Assembly (NCBI GenBank): GCA_035943355.1
Contig: DASZCG010000251.1
Coordinates: 1 to 52,269, forward strand
DNA from: Gemmatimonadales bacterium
Lineage (GTDB): Bacteria > Gemmatimonadota > Gemmatimonadetes > Gemmatimonadales > GWC2-71-9
Reading direction: 5' to 3'
DNA: 52,269 nucleotides
Shown here one piece after another: positions 35,049 through 43,709 of this stretch. The position numbers and the translations under genes were made by a program. The notes beneath the pieces are model-generated. The model searched no databases and was not told the DNA's origin. It saw only the letters and a program-made list of their open reading frames with translations. Position 1 is the stretch's first letter. Every line of letters starts with the position of its first letter.

Positions 35049-37431
35049 GACGAGTAAATATGACATGACCCTCCTCGGCCTGGCACTGTTCGCAGGAACG
35101 GCGTCCGCCCAAGTCACGCAGGCCCGGCTTCCCTACTTGGATCCGACCCTCCCCGTCGAGCGCCGCATCGACGACCTGCTCGGCCGGATGACGCTCGAAG
35201 AAAAGATCGGGCAGATGCTGTGTCTGTGGCAGGCGAAGCGCGCCATCACCGACTCCGCCGGCCGGTTCGATCCCTCACACCCACCGGACTGGTTTCGCAT
35301 CGGCGTGGGACGCATCGAACGACCCGGCGAGCGCCACAGCGCGAGAGCGGAAGCGGAGTACAACAACGCCATCCAGCGCTGGGTGAAGGAGCACACGCGT
35401 CTCGGTATTCCCGTGATGTTCCACGAGGAAGCCCTGCACGGGCTCGAAGGAGAGCAGGCGACCAGCTTCCCGCAGGCGATCGCATTGGCGAGCACCTGGA
35501 ACCCGGAGCTGGTAGAGCGAGTGTTCACCGCGGCCGCGGCGGAGGCGCGCGCGCGGGGCGTGCATCAGGTGCTCGCTCCCGTGGTCGACGTCGCGCGCGA
35601 TCCCCGTTGGGGACGGATCGAGGAGACCTACGGGGAGGACCCGTACCTCGCGGCCCGCATGGGTGTCGCGGCGGTGCGTGGGTTCCAGGGGGGGGGTCGC
35701 GACACGAAGATCGGACCCACGCACGTATTCGCGACCCTCAAGCATATGGCCGGGCATGGCCAACCCGAGTCGGGAACGAATGTCGGCCCGGCACCCTACG
35801 GAGAACGCACGCTGCGGGACGTGTTCCTCTACCCCTTTGAAGTCACTATTAAGGAAGGAGGGGCGCGAAGCGTGATGCCGTCCTACAACGAGGTGGACGG
35901 CATCCCATCGCACGCAAATCGGTGGCTATTGCACGACGTACTGCGCGGCGAGTGGGGGTTCGACGGCGTGATCGTGTCCGACTGGTTCGCCATCGCCCAG
36001 CTCGCCGATGTGCATCACGTCGTGGCCGATCGCGCAGAAGCGGCGCGCCGGGCACTCGCCGCCGGCGTGGATGTCGAGCTCCCCGATGTCCAGGCGTACG
36101 GCACGCTGGTCGACCAGGTGCGAGCGGGTCGCGTCGCGGAGGCCTCCATCGATAGCGTCGTGCGACGGCTGCTGCGCCCCAAGTTCGAGCTCGGCTTGTT
36201 CGAGAGCCCGTTCGTCGATCCGGACAGCGCCGACCGGATCTCGGGCGCGGAGGCGACCCGGGCTCTGGCGCTCGACGCCGCCCGCCAGGCGATCATCCTG
36301 CTCAAGAACGATCGGGGAACGCTCCCACTTTCCGCCGAGCGGTTGTCGCGCGTCGCGGTAATCGGACCGCACGCGGCCGAAACGCTGTTGGGCGAGTACT
36401 CGGGAACGCCGCGCCATGTGGTCAGTATCGTCGATGGCATCCGCGCGCGGCTGGGCAGCCGGGCGACCGTCGAGTACGCGGAAGGGACGCGCATCACCGA
36501 AGACTCCACTTTCACCCGAGACCCTCAGCCGCACCTCGGTGGGACCCGTTCCCATGAACGGGAGGGCTCCGATCGCGTCGTCGTGCCAGACACCGGGTCG
36601 AATGCGCGGCGTCGTGCCGCTGCCGTGGCGCTCGCCCGTCGCAGCGAAGTGGCGATCGTCGTTGTGGGCGACAACGAGATGACCAGTCGCGAGGCATATG
36701 CGACCAACCATCTCGGCGACCGCGCGACCCTCGGGCTTCCAGGCGACCAAGAGGAGCTGGTGCGCGCGGTACTCGCCACGGGCACGCGCACGATCCTCGT
36801 GCTCATCCATGGGCGTCCACTCTCGATCCCCAACCTCGTCGATCGCGTCCCCGCGATCCTGGATGGATGGTATCTCGGGCAGGAGACGGGCACGGCCGTC
36901 GCCGGGGCGTTGTTCGGCGACGTGAATCCCGGCGGCAAGCTACCCCTCACCGTGGCGCGTCACGTGGGGCAGCTGCCGGTGTTCTACAATGCCAAGCCCT
37001 CCGCGCGGCGGGGATACGTGTTCGACACCACGCGGCCGCTGTTTCCATTCGGGTTTGGCCTGTCGTATACGACATTCGCGTACGCGAACTTGCGCGTCGC
37101 AGCGGCTCGCATCCGTCCGAATGAGCGTACGACCGTCTCTGTGGACGTGACAAACACAGGGACCCGGGCAGGAGACGAAGTCGTGCAGCTCTACATCCGC
37201 GACGTGGTGAGCTTCGCGACGCAACCGGTCAAGCAGCTGCGCGGGTTTCGGCGCGTAACGCTGCAGCCGGGAGAGACGCGCACGATCACGTTCGATATCG
37301 GCCCGGACGAGCTCGCTTACCATGGCGCCGACATGAAGCGAGTTGTGGAGCCAGGGCAGTTCGACATCATGGTGGGCGGCAATTCCGTGGACCTTCGCAG
37401 CGTGCCTCTGGATGTCGTCGAGGCTCCTTAG
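35047..37431 (+). CDS. GH3 beta-glucosidase/beta-xylosidase (BglX-like), secreted
   Basis: Motifs MTLEEKIGQM, KHMAGHGQPESG, VIVSDWFAI (nucleophile Asp) and GGKLPLTVAR. A C-terminal FnIII-like domain follows (VSVDVTNTGTRAGDEVVQLYIRD). Alternative start at 35065. Confidence 0.9.
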   Translation: MTSKYDMTLLGLALFAGTASAQVTQARLPYLDPTLPVERRIDDLLGRMTLEEKIGQMLCLWQAKRAITDSAGRFDPSHPPDWFRIGVGRIERPGERHSARAEAEYNNAIQRWVKEHTRLGIPVMFHEEALHGLEGEQATSFPQAIALASTWNPELVERVFTAAAAEARARGVHQVLAPVVDVARDPRWGRIEETYGEDPYLAARMGVAAVRGFQGGGRDTKIGPTHVFATLKHMAGHGQPESGTNVGPAPYGERTLRDVFLYPFEVTIKEGGARSVMPSYNEVDGIPSHANRWLLHDVLRGEWGFDGVIVSDWFAIAQLADVHHVVADRAEAARRALAAGVDVELPDVQAYGTLVDQVRAGRVAEASIDSVVRRLLRPKFELGLFESPFVDPDSADRISGAEATRALALDAARQAIILLKNDRGTLPLSAERLSRVAVIGPHAAETLLGEYSGTPRHVVSIVDGIRARLGSRATVEYAEGTRITEDSTFTRDPQPHLGGTRSHEREGSDRVVVPDTGSNARRRAAAVALARRSEVAIVVVGDNEMTSREAYATNHLGDRATLGLPGDQEELVRAVLATGTRTILVLIHGRPLSIPNLVDRVPAILDGWYLGQETGTAVAGALFGDVNPGGKLPLTVARHVGQLPVFYNAKPSARRGYVFDTTRPLFPFGFGLSYTTFAYANLRVAAARIRPNERTTVSVDVTNTGTRAGDEVVQLYIRDVVSFATQPVKQLRGFRRVTLQPGETRTITFDIGPDELAYHGADMKRVVEPGQFDIMVGGNSVDLRSVPLDVVEAP

Positions 37432-38479
37432 CCTGCTCGCGCTCGCCGCCTGCGCACAGCCACACACGCTGCGCGGTGCCTTCGACGGCGCCTTTCTGGT
37501 CGGGGCGGCGCTCAACGCGGCGCAGTTCTCCGGTCGCGATTCACTGGGTGCCAGGCTGGTCCGAGCCCAGTTCAACGCGACGACTTCCGAAAACGTGCTC
37601 AAGTGGGCGTTGGTGCATCCGCTTCCGGGCACCTATGACTTCACCGCCCCCGACGAGTACGTCGCGTTCGGCGAACGGAACGGGATGTTCATCATCGGGC
37701 ACACGCTCGTCTGGCACAAACAAACTCCGAGCTGGGTGTTTCAGGATTCGAGCGGCCGGCCGGTATCGCGCGACACGTTGCTCGCGCGCTTGCGCGACCA
37801 CATTACGACCGTCGTGGGACGATATCGAGGCCGGATTCGAGGCTGGGACGTCGTCAACGAAGCACTCAACGAGGACGGCACCCTCCGACAGACGCCGTGG
37901 CTGACGATCATCGGCGACGATTACCTGGCGCAGGCGTACCGGTTCGCTCACGATGCCGATCCCGACGCGGAGCTCTACTACAACGACTACTCACTCGAGA
38001 ATGCCGCCAAGCGGCGCGGCGCACTAGACCTGATACGACGGCTACGAACCGAGGGCGTGCCGGTGACGGGCGTCGGACTGCAAGGTCATAACCGGCTCGA
38101 TTGGCCCACGCCGGCTCAGGAGGACTCGACGATCACGGCCTTCGCGGCGCTCGGCGTGAAGGTAATGATCACAGAGCTCGACATCGACGTGCTGCCGCCT
38201 CCCGATCAACCCGTGACCCCGGACCCGGACCCCTACCGCAACGGACTGCCGGACTCGGTGCAACAGGCACTGGCACGCCGCTACGCCGACCTGTTCACCG
38301 TGTATCTGCAGCATGCCAAGGACATCGACAGGGTGACCTTTTGGGGGGTGTCAGACGGGGACTCGTGGCTCAATAATTGGCCTGTGCGGGGACGGATGAA
38401 CTATCCATTGCTGTTCGATCGACAGCACCGTCCCAAGCCGGCGTTCGATGCGGTGATCCGGGTTGCCCCGCTTCATTAG
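37412..38479 (+). CDS. GH10 endo-1,4-beta-xylanase lipoprotein
   Basis: The start is likely at 37412, giving MSSRLLSLLALAAC (lipobox) and a 20-nt overlap with the GH3 3' end; the track ORF starts at 37343. WDVVNEAL carries the acid/base Glu and VMITELDI the nucleophile Glu. Confidence 0.9.
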   Translation: MSSRLLSLLALAACAQPHTLRGAFDGAFLVGAALNAAQFSGRDSLGARLVRAQFNATTSENVLKWALVHPLPGTYDFTAPDEYVAFGERNGMFIIGHTLVWHKQTPSWVFQDSSGRPVSRDTLLARLRDHITTVVGRYRGRIRGWDVVNEALNEDGTLRQTPWLTIIGDDYLAQAYRFAHDADPDAELYYNDYSLENAAKRRGALDLIRRLRTEGVPVTGVGLQGHNRLDWPTPAQEDSTITAFAALGVKVMITELDIDVLPPPDQPVTPDPDPYRNGLPDSVQQALARRYADLFTVYLQHAKDIDRVTFWGVSDGDSWLNNWPVRGRMNYPLLFDRQHRPKPAFDAVIRVAPLH

Positions 38480-38510
38480 GGTGCAACACGTGAGCGCCAG
38501 GAGGGTGAAG

Positions 38511-39260
38511 ATGGCTCGGCGATCAAATGGTAGCACAGCGGCACACGCGGCGTTCGCGCCTGAACAGAAACAGAGCCTGTCGGATCGTCTGGCGCGCCGG
38601 ATCAGAGGCATGATCCAGCGGGGGCACTATCACGTCGGCGACCGGCTGCCCGCCATCATGGAGATGGCGAAGCGATTTGGCGTGGGGCATCCGACGGTGC
38701 GCGAGGCGCTGAAAAAGCTCGAGACCATCGGGGTCGTGGGAATTCGCCACGGCTCCGGCGTGTACGTGAACCGCAGCGATGACGTCCTCGTGCTCGCGAG
38801 CCCGGACTACCCCGGCACGGTGACCAAGAAACTGCTGCTGGACCTCATTCGCGCTCGAATGGCGCTCGAGGCGCAGTCAGTGGCGGATGCGGTCCGGAAC
38901 GCGACGGCCACTCACAGGAAAGAGATGCGGCGGCTGCTCCTCACGGCCGCACAGAACCTCGAGAACGGCGAGGTCCTGAACCGCGTGAACATGTCGTTCC
39001 ACCGACAAATCGCACAGGCGTCCGGGAACGCCGTGCTCGTGCAGCTGCTCGACGTGCTGCGCGATTTGTTCACCGAAGAGCAGCGGCTGATCCTGGACAT
39101 CTTCGGCTCGCGCGAGCGCGATCATGAGGGTCATCTGGCCATCCTCGATGCTCTCGAGCGACGCGATGCAGCCCTGGCGGTCAAGCGCATGCGCGCACAC
39201 CTGAAAGGCGTCGAAGACGCAATCCTGCGGTGGAATCCCGAGCATCACCCGGTGAGCTGA
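38511..39260 (+). CDS. GntR-family (FadR subfamily, FCD domain) transcriptional regulator
   Basis: The start is likely at 38511 (AGGAGG upstream). LPAIMEMAKRFGVGHPTVREALKKLETIGVVGIRHGSGVYV is the wHTH. The helical C-terminal domain contains HEGHLAILDAL. Confidence 0.85.
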   Translation: MARRSNGSTAAHAAFAPEQKQSLSDRLARRIRGMIQRGHYHVGDRLPAIMEMAKRFGVGHPTVREALKKLETIGVVGIRHGSGVYVNRSDDVLVLASPDYPGTVTKKLLLDLIRARMALEAQSVADAVRNATATHRKEMRRLLLTAAQNLENGEVLNRVNMSFHRQIAQASGNAVLVQLLDVLRDLFTEEQRLILDIFGSRERDHEGHLAILDALERRDAALAVKRMRAHLKGVEDAILRWNPEHHPVS

Positions 39261-39261
39261 G

Positions 39262-41892
39262 TCAGCGCCTCGTCGAGACGGTGAGTGTGCGCTCGAGCCT
39301 GATGTCCGCCGAGGAGGTGCCGATCTCGACTACGACGGGACCGTTCTCCACGGTCCAGTGATGCACCTCCGGATCCCAATACCGCAGCGCTGACGCCGAC
39401 AGCGGGAAGGCGATCGTGCGCGTTTCGCCGGGACTGAGCGTCACCCGGCCGAAGCCGCGCAGGTCCCGCCGCGGTCGGGGAACGCGTGAGTCCGGATACG
39501 CCACGTACAGCTGCACGACTTCGTCGCCGCTGCGCATGCCGGTATTCGTCACGTCCACGGACACCGTCAGCGTGTCGGCGCCGCGCAGGGTATCGGAGCT
39601 GACCCGCAGACGATCGTAGCGGAACCGCGTGTAGCTCAGGCCGTACCCGAACGGATAGAGGGGTTTCCCTTCGAAGAAGCGGTACGTGCGCCCCGCCATG
39701 CCGTAGTCCTCGAACGGCGGCAGATCGGCGACGTCGCGGTAGAACGTGACCGGCAGGCGGCCGGCCGGATTGTAGTCGCCGAACAGGACATCGGCGATCG
39801 CGCTGCCGCCCGCCTGCCCCGGATACCATGCCTCGAGGATCGCAGGCACGTGCTCCTGCGCCCACGGCACCGCCAACGCGCTTCCGCTCATCAGCACCAG
39901 CACGGTGGGTTTGCCGAGGGCCGCGATGTGCTCGAGCAGGTGTTCTTGCGGAGCGGGGAGGTCGATTCGCGTGCGGTCGCCGCCCGCAAAGCCGTCGATC
40001 GCGACGCGCATTTCTTCGCCCTCGAGTCGCGCCGTGAGACCGAGGCAGAGCACGACAACATCGGCGCGCCGCGCGATCTCGACCGCCTCGGACTCGAGCG
40101 CTTCCGCTGGCGTGGCCCAGAGCAGCTGCAGCTCGGCCTCGCCATACGATTCCTCCCCGTCCACGCGCAGGTGGTAGCGCCGACCCGCCTCCAATCGCAG
40201 TGGCTCGCTCTGAGCGAAGCGCGGGTCCGGGAACTCGCCGTCATGCGTCGGATACACCGATTGCACCAGCAGGCTGTCGTCCACGTACAGCTGGAACTTG
40301 ACCGTGCCGACCAGCGCGAGCCTATACGTGCCGGTGTGTTGCGGCTGCAGGGTGGCCGTCCAGCGCACGCCGAAGTCATCCACGTTCATGTCGCCGCGCG
40401 GCGCCTTCTCGCCCCAGTTCGCGTCGAGGGTGGAATCCGTACCAGTGAACAGCGGCGCGCCCGTCATCGCGCGGCTGGAGAAATAGGCTACGTCGAGACC
40501 GCGGCCCCCCCTTCCGTGCGCGGGTGACAAGACCTGGGCGGGAACGGGCGCCAGCACCGGAAAACCGACGGCGAGATCCGAGCCGAGCGCGTAGAGCACC
40601 CGCGTGCGGGGCGAGACGGCCTCGCGGACGCCCCGGAGCGGCGTGACCGGATCGGCGGGAATCCCGTTGTAGTTGCCGAGCAGCATACGCCATTGGTCGG
40701 CGTTCGGGCCGATGAGCGCGATCGTACCGACGTCGCGCTTGAGGGGCAGCAGGTTCGCCGAGTTCTTGAGCAGCACGATCGACTCGCGTGCGACCTGGCG
40801 CGCGAGCGCGCGGTGGGCCGGCTGGTCGAGCACGCTGAAGGGGATCTGCGCCCAGCGGACTCGGTCCGGTGGATCGAACATGCCGAGCCGGAAGCGGGCG
40901 AGGAACAGCCGCGTGACGGCAGTGTCGATCGCCTGTTCGGTGATGAGTCCCTGCTTCACCGCGTCGAGCAGACTCGCGTACACCCGGCCGCACTCGAGAT
41001 CTGTTCCCGTCTTCACGGCGAGCGCTGCAGCGGCGGCGGCGGTGGGGGCGACCTTGTGGCGCTCGTAGATGTCGTTGATCGCGCCGCAGTCGGACACCAC
41101 ATAGCCCGAGAAGCCCCACTCGCCACGCAGGATGCTCGTGAGCAGGAGATCGCTGCCGCATGCGGGACTGCCGAGTACACGGTTATAGGCGCACATCAGT
41201 GAATAGGCGCCGCCCTCGCGGATCCCGGCCTCGAAGTGCGGCAGGTAGCTCTCCCGCAGATCGCGCTCGCTCACCACGGCATCGAAGGTGTGTCGAGCGG
41301 GCTCGGGTCCCGAATGCACGGCGAAATGTTTCACCGTTGCCACGGTTTTCAGGTACTTGGGATCGTCACCTTGCATGCCGCGGATGAACTGCACGGCGAG
41401 CCGCCCGGTGAGAAAGGGGTCTTCGCCGTACGTTTCCTGGCCACGACCCCAGCGCGGATCCCGGAACAGATTGATGTTGGGCGACCAGAAGGTGAGCCCT
41501 TGATAACGCTGGCGGGCGCCTTGCCGTGCGTATTCGTGATGCTTGGCGCGGGCCTCATCCGAGATGACTGACGCCATCCGGAAGATCAGAGAGTCGTCCC
41601 AGGTCGCGGCAAGGCCGATCGCCTGCGGAAAGGACGTCGCGAGCCCCGCGCGCGCAACGCCGTGCAGCGCTTCGTTCCACCAGTTGTAGGCGGGGATCCC
41701 GAGCCGGTCGATCGCCGGCGCGACGTCCTGCATCTGCGATACCTTCTCTTGGAGCGTCATGCGCGACACGAGATCGGCCGCGCGCCGCTCGAACGGCAAG
41801 TCGGTATTCTGATAATCGGGAGTCTGCGCGGCGAGCGCGGCAGCCAGCGTCGTCAAGACGACAGCGGGAACGATCCTTTCCAAACCTCCCAT
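39262..41892 (-). CDS. GH3 beta-xylosidase-like enzyme with PA14 insertion, secreted
   Basis: MTLQEKVSQM, IPAYNWWNEALHGVA (typical of the GH3 xylosidase/arabinofuranosidase clade) and YVVSDCGAI (nucleophile Asp). PA14-like block VDDFGVRWTATLQPQHTGTYRLALVGTVKFQLYVDD. FnIII-like tail. Confidence 0.85.
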   Translation of the reverse strand: MGGLERIVPAVVLTTLAAALAAQTPDYQNTDLPFERRAADLVSRMTLQEKVSQMQDVAPAIDRLGIPAYNWWNEALHGVARAGLATSFPQAIGLAATWDDSLIFRMASVISDEARAKHHEYARQGARQRYQGLTFWSPNINLFRDPRWGRGQETYGEDPFLTGRLAVQFIRGMQGDDPKYLKTVATVKHFAVHSGPEPARHTFDAVVSERDLRESYLPHFEAGIREGGAYSLMCAYNRVLGSPACGSDLLLTSILRGEWGFSGYVVSDCGAINDIYERHKVAPTAAAAAALAVKTGTDLECGRVYASLLDAVKQGLITEQAIDTAVTRLFLARFRLGMFDPPDRVRWAQIPFSVLDQPAHRALARQVARESIVLLKNSANLLPLKRDVGTIALIGPNADQWRMLLGNYNGIPADPVTPLRGVREAVSPRTRVLYALGSDLAVGFPVLAPVPAQVLSPAHGRGGRGLDVAYFSSRAMTGAPLFTGTDSTLDANWGEKAPRGDMNVDDFGVRWTATLQPQHTGTYRLALVGTVKFQLYVDDSLLVQSVYPTHDGEFPDPRFAQSEPLRLEAGRRYHLRVDGEESYGEAELQLLWATPAEALESEAVEIARRADVVVLCLGLTARLEGEEMRVAIDGFAGGDRTRIDLPAPQEHLLEHIAALGKPTVLVLMSGSALAVPWAQEHVPAILEAWYPGQAGGSAIADVLFGDYNPAGRLPVTFYRDVADLPPFEDYGMAGRTYRFFEGKPLYPFGYGLSYTRFRYDRLRVSSDTLRGADTLTVSVDVTNTGMRSGDEVVQLYVAYPDSRVPRPRRDLRGFGRVTLSPGETRTIAFPLSASALRYWDPEVHHWTVENGPVVVEIGTSSADIRLERTLTVSTRR

Positions 41893-41939
41893 CGCGCAGC
41901 GAGACTACACGTCAGCCACCCCTTGTCAAGAAAGGCCAT

Positions 41940-43709
41940 ATGATCGATCCGATCTCACGCCGTGAATGGCTGAAGGCGATGGGTGCGGTCGGAGCGGGAT
42001 CCTTGCTCCCCCCAGCTCCCGACTCCTGGCTCCCGGCTCCCGCAATTCTCCCACTCACGTCCACGAGCGAAGTCTTCATTCCGCCCCGCGGCCGGGCGTT
42101 CATGAAGTTCAGCTTCGACTTCCCAGAGCCATCGATCGAATTCGCAGGGCTGCGGTTCGGCGTTCTCGTGTTCACGCGTGAAAACACGTACGCGCTCGAT
42201 GCGAGCGCCATGACTGCCCAGGGAACCGGCGACACGCTAGCCCTCACGTCGGCACGTCTCACGTCGGCAGGTGGCCAGGTGCCCGCGGCGGGGCGTGTGG
42301 ACGCGCGGCTGCGCAAGGATGGCGATGCGGTGCTGTGCGACGTCAGCGCCGAAATGGATCAGCCGATCAAGGCGGTGACGGTCGTTGTGCGCGGCATTCC
42401 GCGCGGCAAACTCTCATCGGGTGGCGGCGAGCCGTTCGATCCGAAAGACGACGAAGTCCTCTGGGGCTATCCGTTCGGTGGTGGCGATCTGTTCGGAGAC
42501 AACACAGCATGGGGGATGGGCACGCCGCTCACCGTCGTCCAGCGGACTGAAAACGAGTTCCTCGCTCTCTCGTCACTCGATGATCGCGTGCGCACCAAGC
42601 GGTTCTACTTCCAGCCAGGCGAGCAGGGCTATCGCGTCGAGCTGGTGCACGAGGTGGAAGGCTGGATGGATCGGCGCACGGTTCAGGTGCCGACGTGGCG
42701 CATCGGCCGCGCGTCATCGCTCGACGCCGCGGTCGCCCCCCATTACGCGCACCTCGAGCGCGCGTATCACTTTCCCCGCTGGGAAACGCGCAGCGACGTA
42801 CCGGACTGGCTGCGCCGCACCGAGCTTGTCGTGACGCTGCACGGCATGCACTTCACCGGTTACATCTTCAACGACTACGCGCGGATGCTCGAGATCCTGC
42901 GCTGGATTGCGACGCAGATCCCGGCCGAGCGTGTGCTCGCATTCATCTCCGCGTGGGACGGGCGCTATTACTGGGATTACCCAACGTATCAAGCGGCGCC
43001 CCGTATGGGCGGCGAGGCCGGCTTTCAGCGTCTCGTGAAGGAAGGGCAACGGCTGGGATTCCGCATCATGCCGATGTTCGGGGCGAACGCGTCCAACCGC
43101 AAGCTCGCGAATTTCGCAACTTTCGGCGACGCCGCGACGGCGCGCATCGATGGCGACCCGTTCAGCTTGAACTGGGTGGACTGGGATAACGATCGCCATC
43201 AGGAAGGCTTCGGCGTCTACATGAACCTGGGCGTCGCATCATGGCGCCGCTGGCTCACCACTCGCATCGCCGACGTCATTGACCGCTTCGGCGTGGACGC
43301 GTATTTCCTGGACATCATCGGCGGCTGGGTCAACAACACGAAAGCCGACATGCACGAGGGCGCGCGAGGGCTCATCACGGAATTACGAACCCGCTATCCG
43401 CGCGTGCTCTGCTGCGGCGAATTTCTTTACGACGCGCTGCTCGAGTTCATTCCGCTGTATCACGCCTCGTACTCACAGTACTACGTCCCGTACGCCCGCT
43501 TCTTCTCGCATCTCTCGCATCCCGCGCCCGGGCGCGGCTCGTCGGGCGTGCATGAGTCGGGGTTCAGCCGCTGGGACGCGACGACCCTGTCGCTGACCAA
43601 ACGCGAGGGACTCATTCCAACGCTGAACATCGTTGACGACACGTTCACCAAGTACCGCGATCAAATGGCTGCGCTGATTGCGCAGGCGAAAGCGTGGGGG
43701 ACCCCATGA
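41940..43709 (+). CDS. Tat-exported protein of unknown family (beta-rich N-half plus TIM-barrel-like C-half)
   Basis: Twin-arginine signal MIDPISRREWLKAMGAVGAGSLL. Third codon positions are GC-rich throughout. The stop overlaps the GH127 ATG (ATGA at 43706..43709). I recognise no family motif. Confidence 0.7.
   Translation: MIDPISRREWLKAMGAVGAGSLLPPAPDSWLPAPAILPLTSTSEVFIPPRGRAFMKFSFDFPEPSIEFAGLRFGVLVFTRENTYALDASAMTAQGTGDTLALTSARLTSAGGQVPAAGRVDARLRKDGDAVLCDVSAEMDQPIKAVTVVVRGIPRGKLSSGGGEPFDPKDDEVLWGYPFGGGDLFGDNTAWGMGTPLTVVQRTENEFLALSSLDDRVRTKRFYFQPGEQGYRVELVHEVEGWMDRRTVQVPTWRIGRASSLDAAVAPHYAHLERAYHFPRWETRSDVPDWLRRTELVVTLHGMHFTGYIFNDYARMLEILRWIATQIPAERVLAFISAWDGRYYWDYPTYQAAPRMGGEAGFQRLVKEGQRLGFRIMPMFGANASNRKLANFATFGDAATARIDGDPFSLNWVDWDNDRHQEGFGVYMNLGVASWRRWLTTRIADVIDRFGVDAYFLDIIGGWVNNTKADMHEGARGLITELRTRYPRVLCCGEFLYDALLEFIPLYHASYSQYYVPYARFFSHLSHPAPGRGSSGVHESGFSRWDATTLSLTKREGLIPTLNIVDDTFTKYRDQMAALIAQAKAWGTP

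Noticed and set aside
31505-35696. Several G/C homopolymers of 8-9 nt inside SusD (31505..31512, 32000..32007), GH51 (33336..33344) and GH3 (35688..35696), plus G8 at the window end
   Set aside because: A rough estimate, assuming G and C are each about one third of bases, predicts several runs of 8 or more per 50 kb by chance. All tracts keep the reading frame (Gly/Pro codons). I therefore do not claim enrichment; only the two 10-mers in one gene are reported.
42244-42269. Direct repeat TCACGTCGGCA x2 inside the unknown Tat protein gene, sharing the CACGTCGGCA core with the octamer repeat at 19787..19829
   Set aside because: ACGTCGGC-like strings recur elsewhere in coding sequence (for example 5600, 38631, 46634). 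They reflect common GC-rich codons (T-S-A / V-G). The cross-locus similarity is probably compositional rather than a shared binding site.
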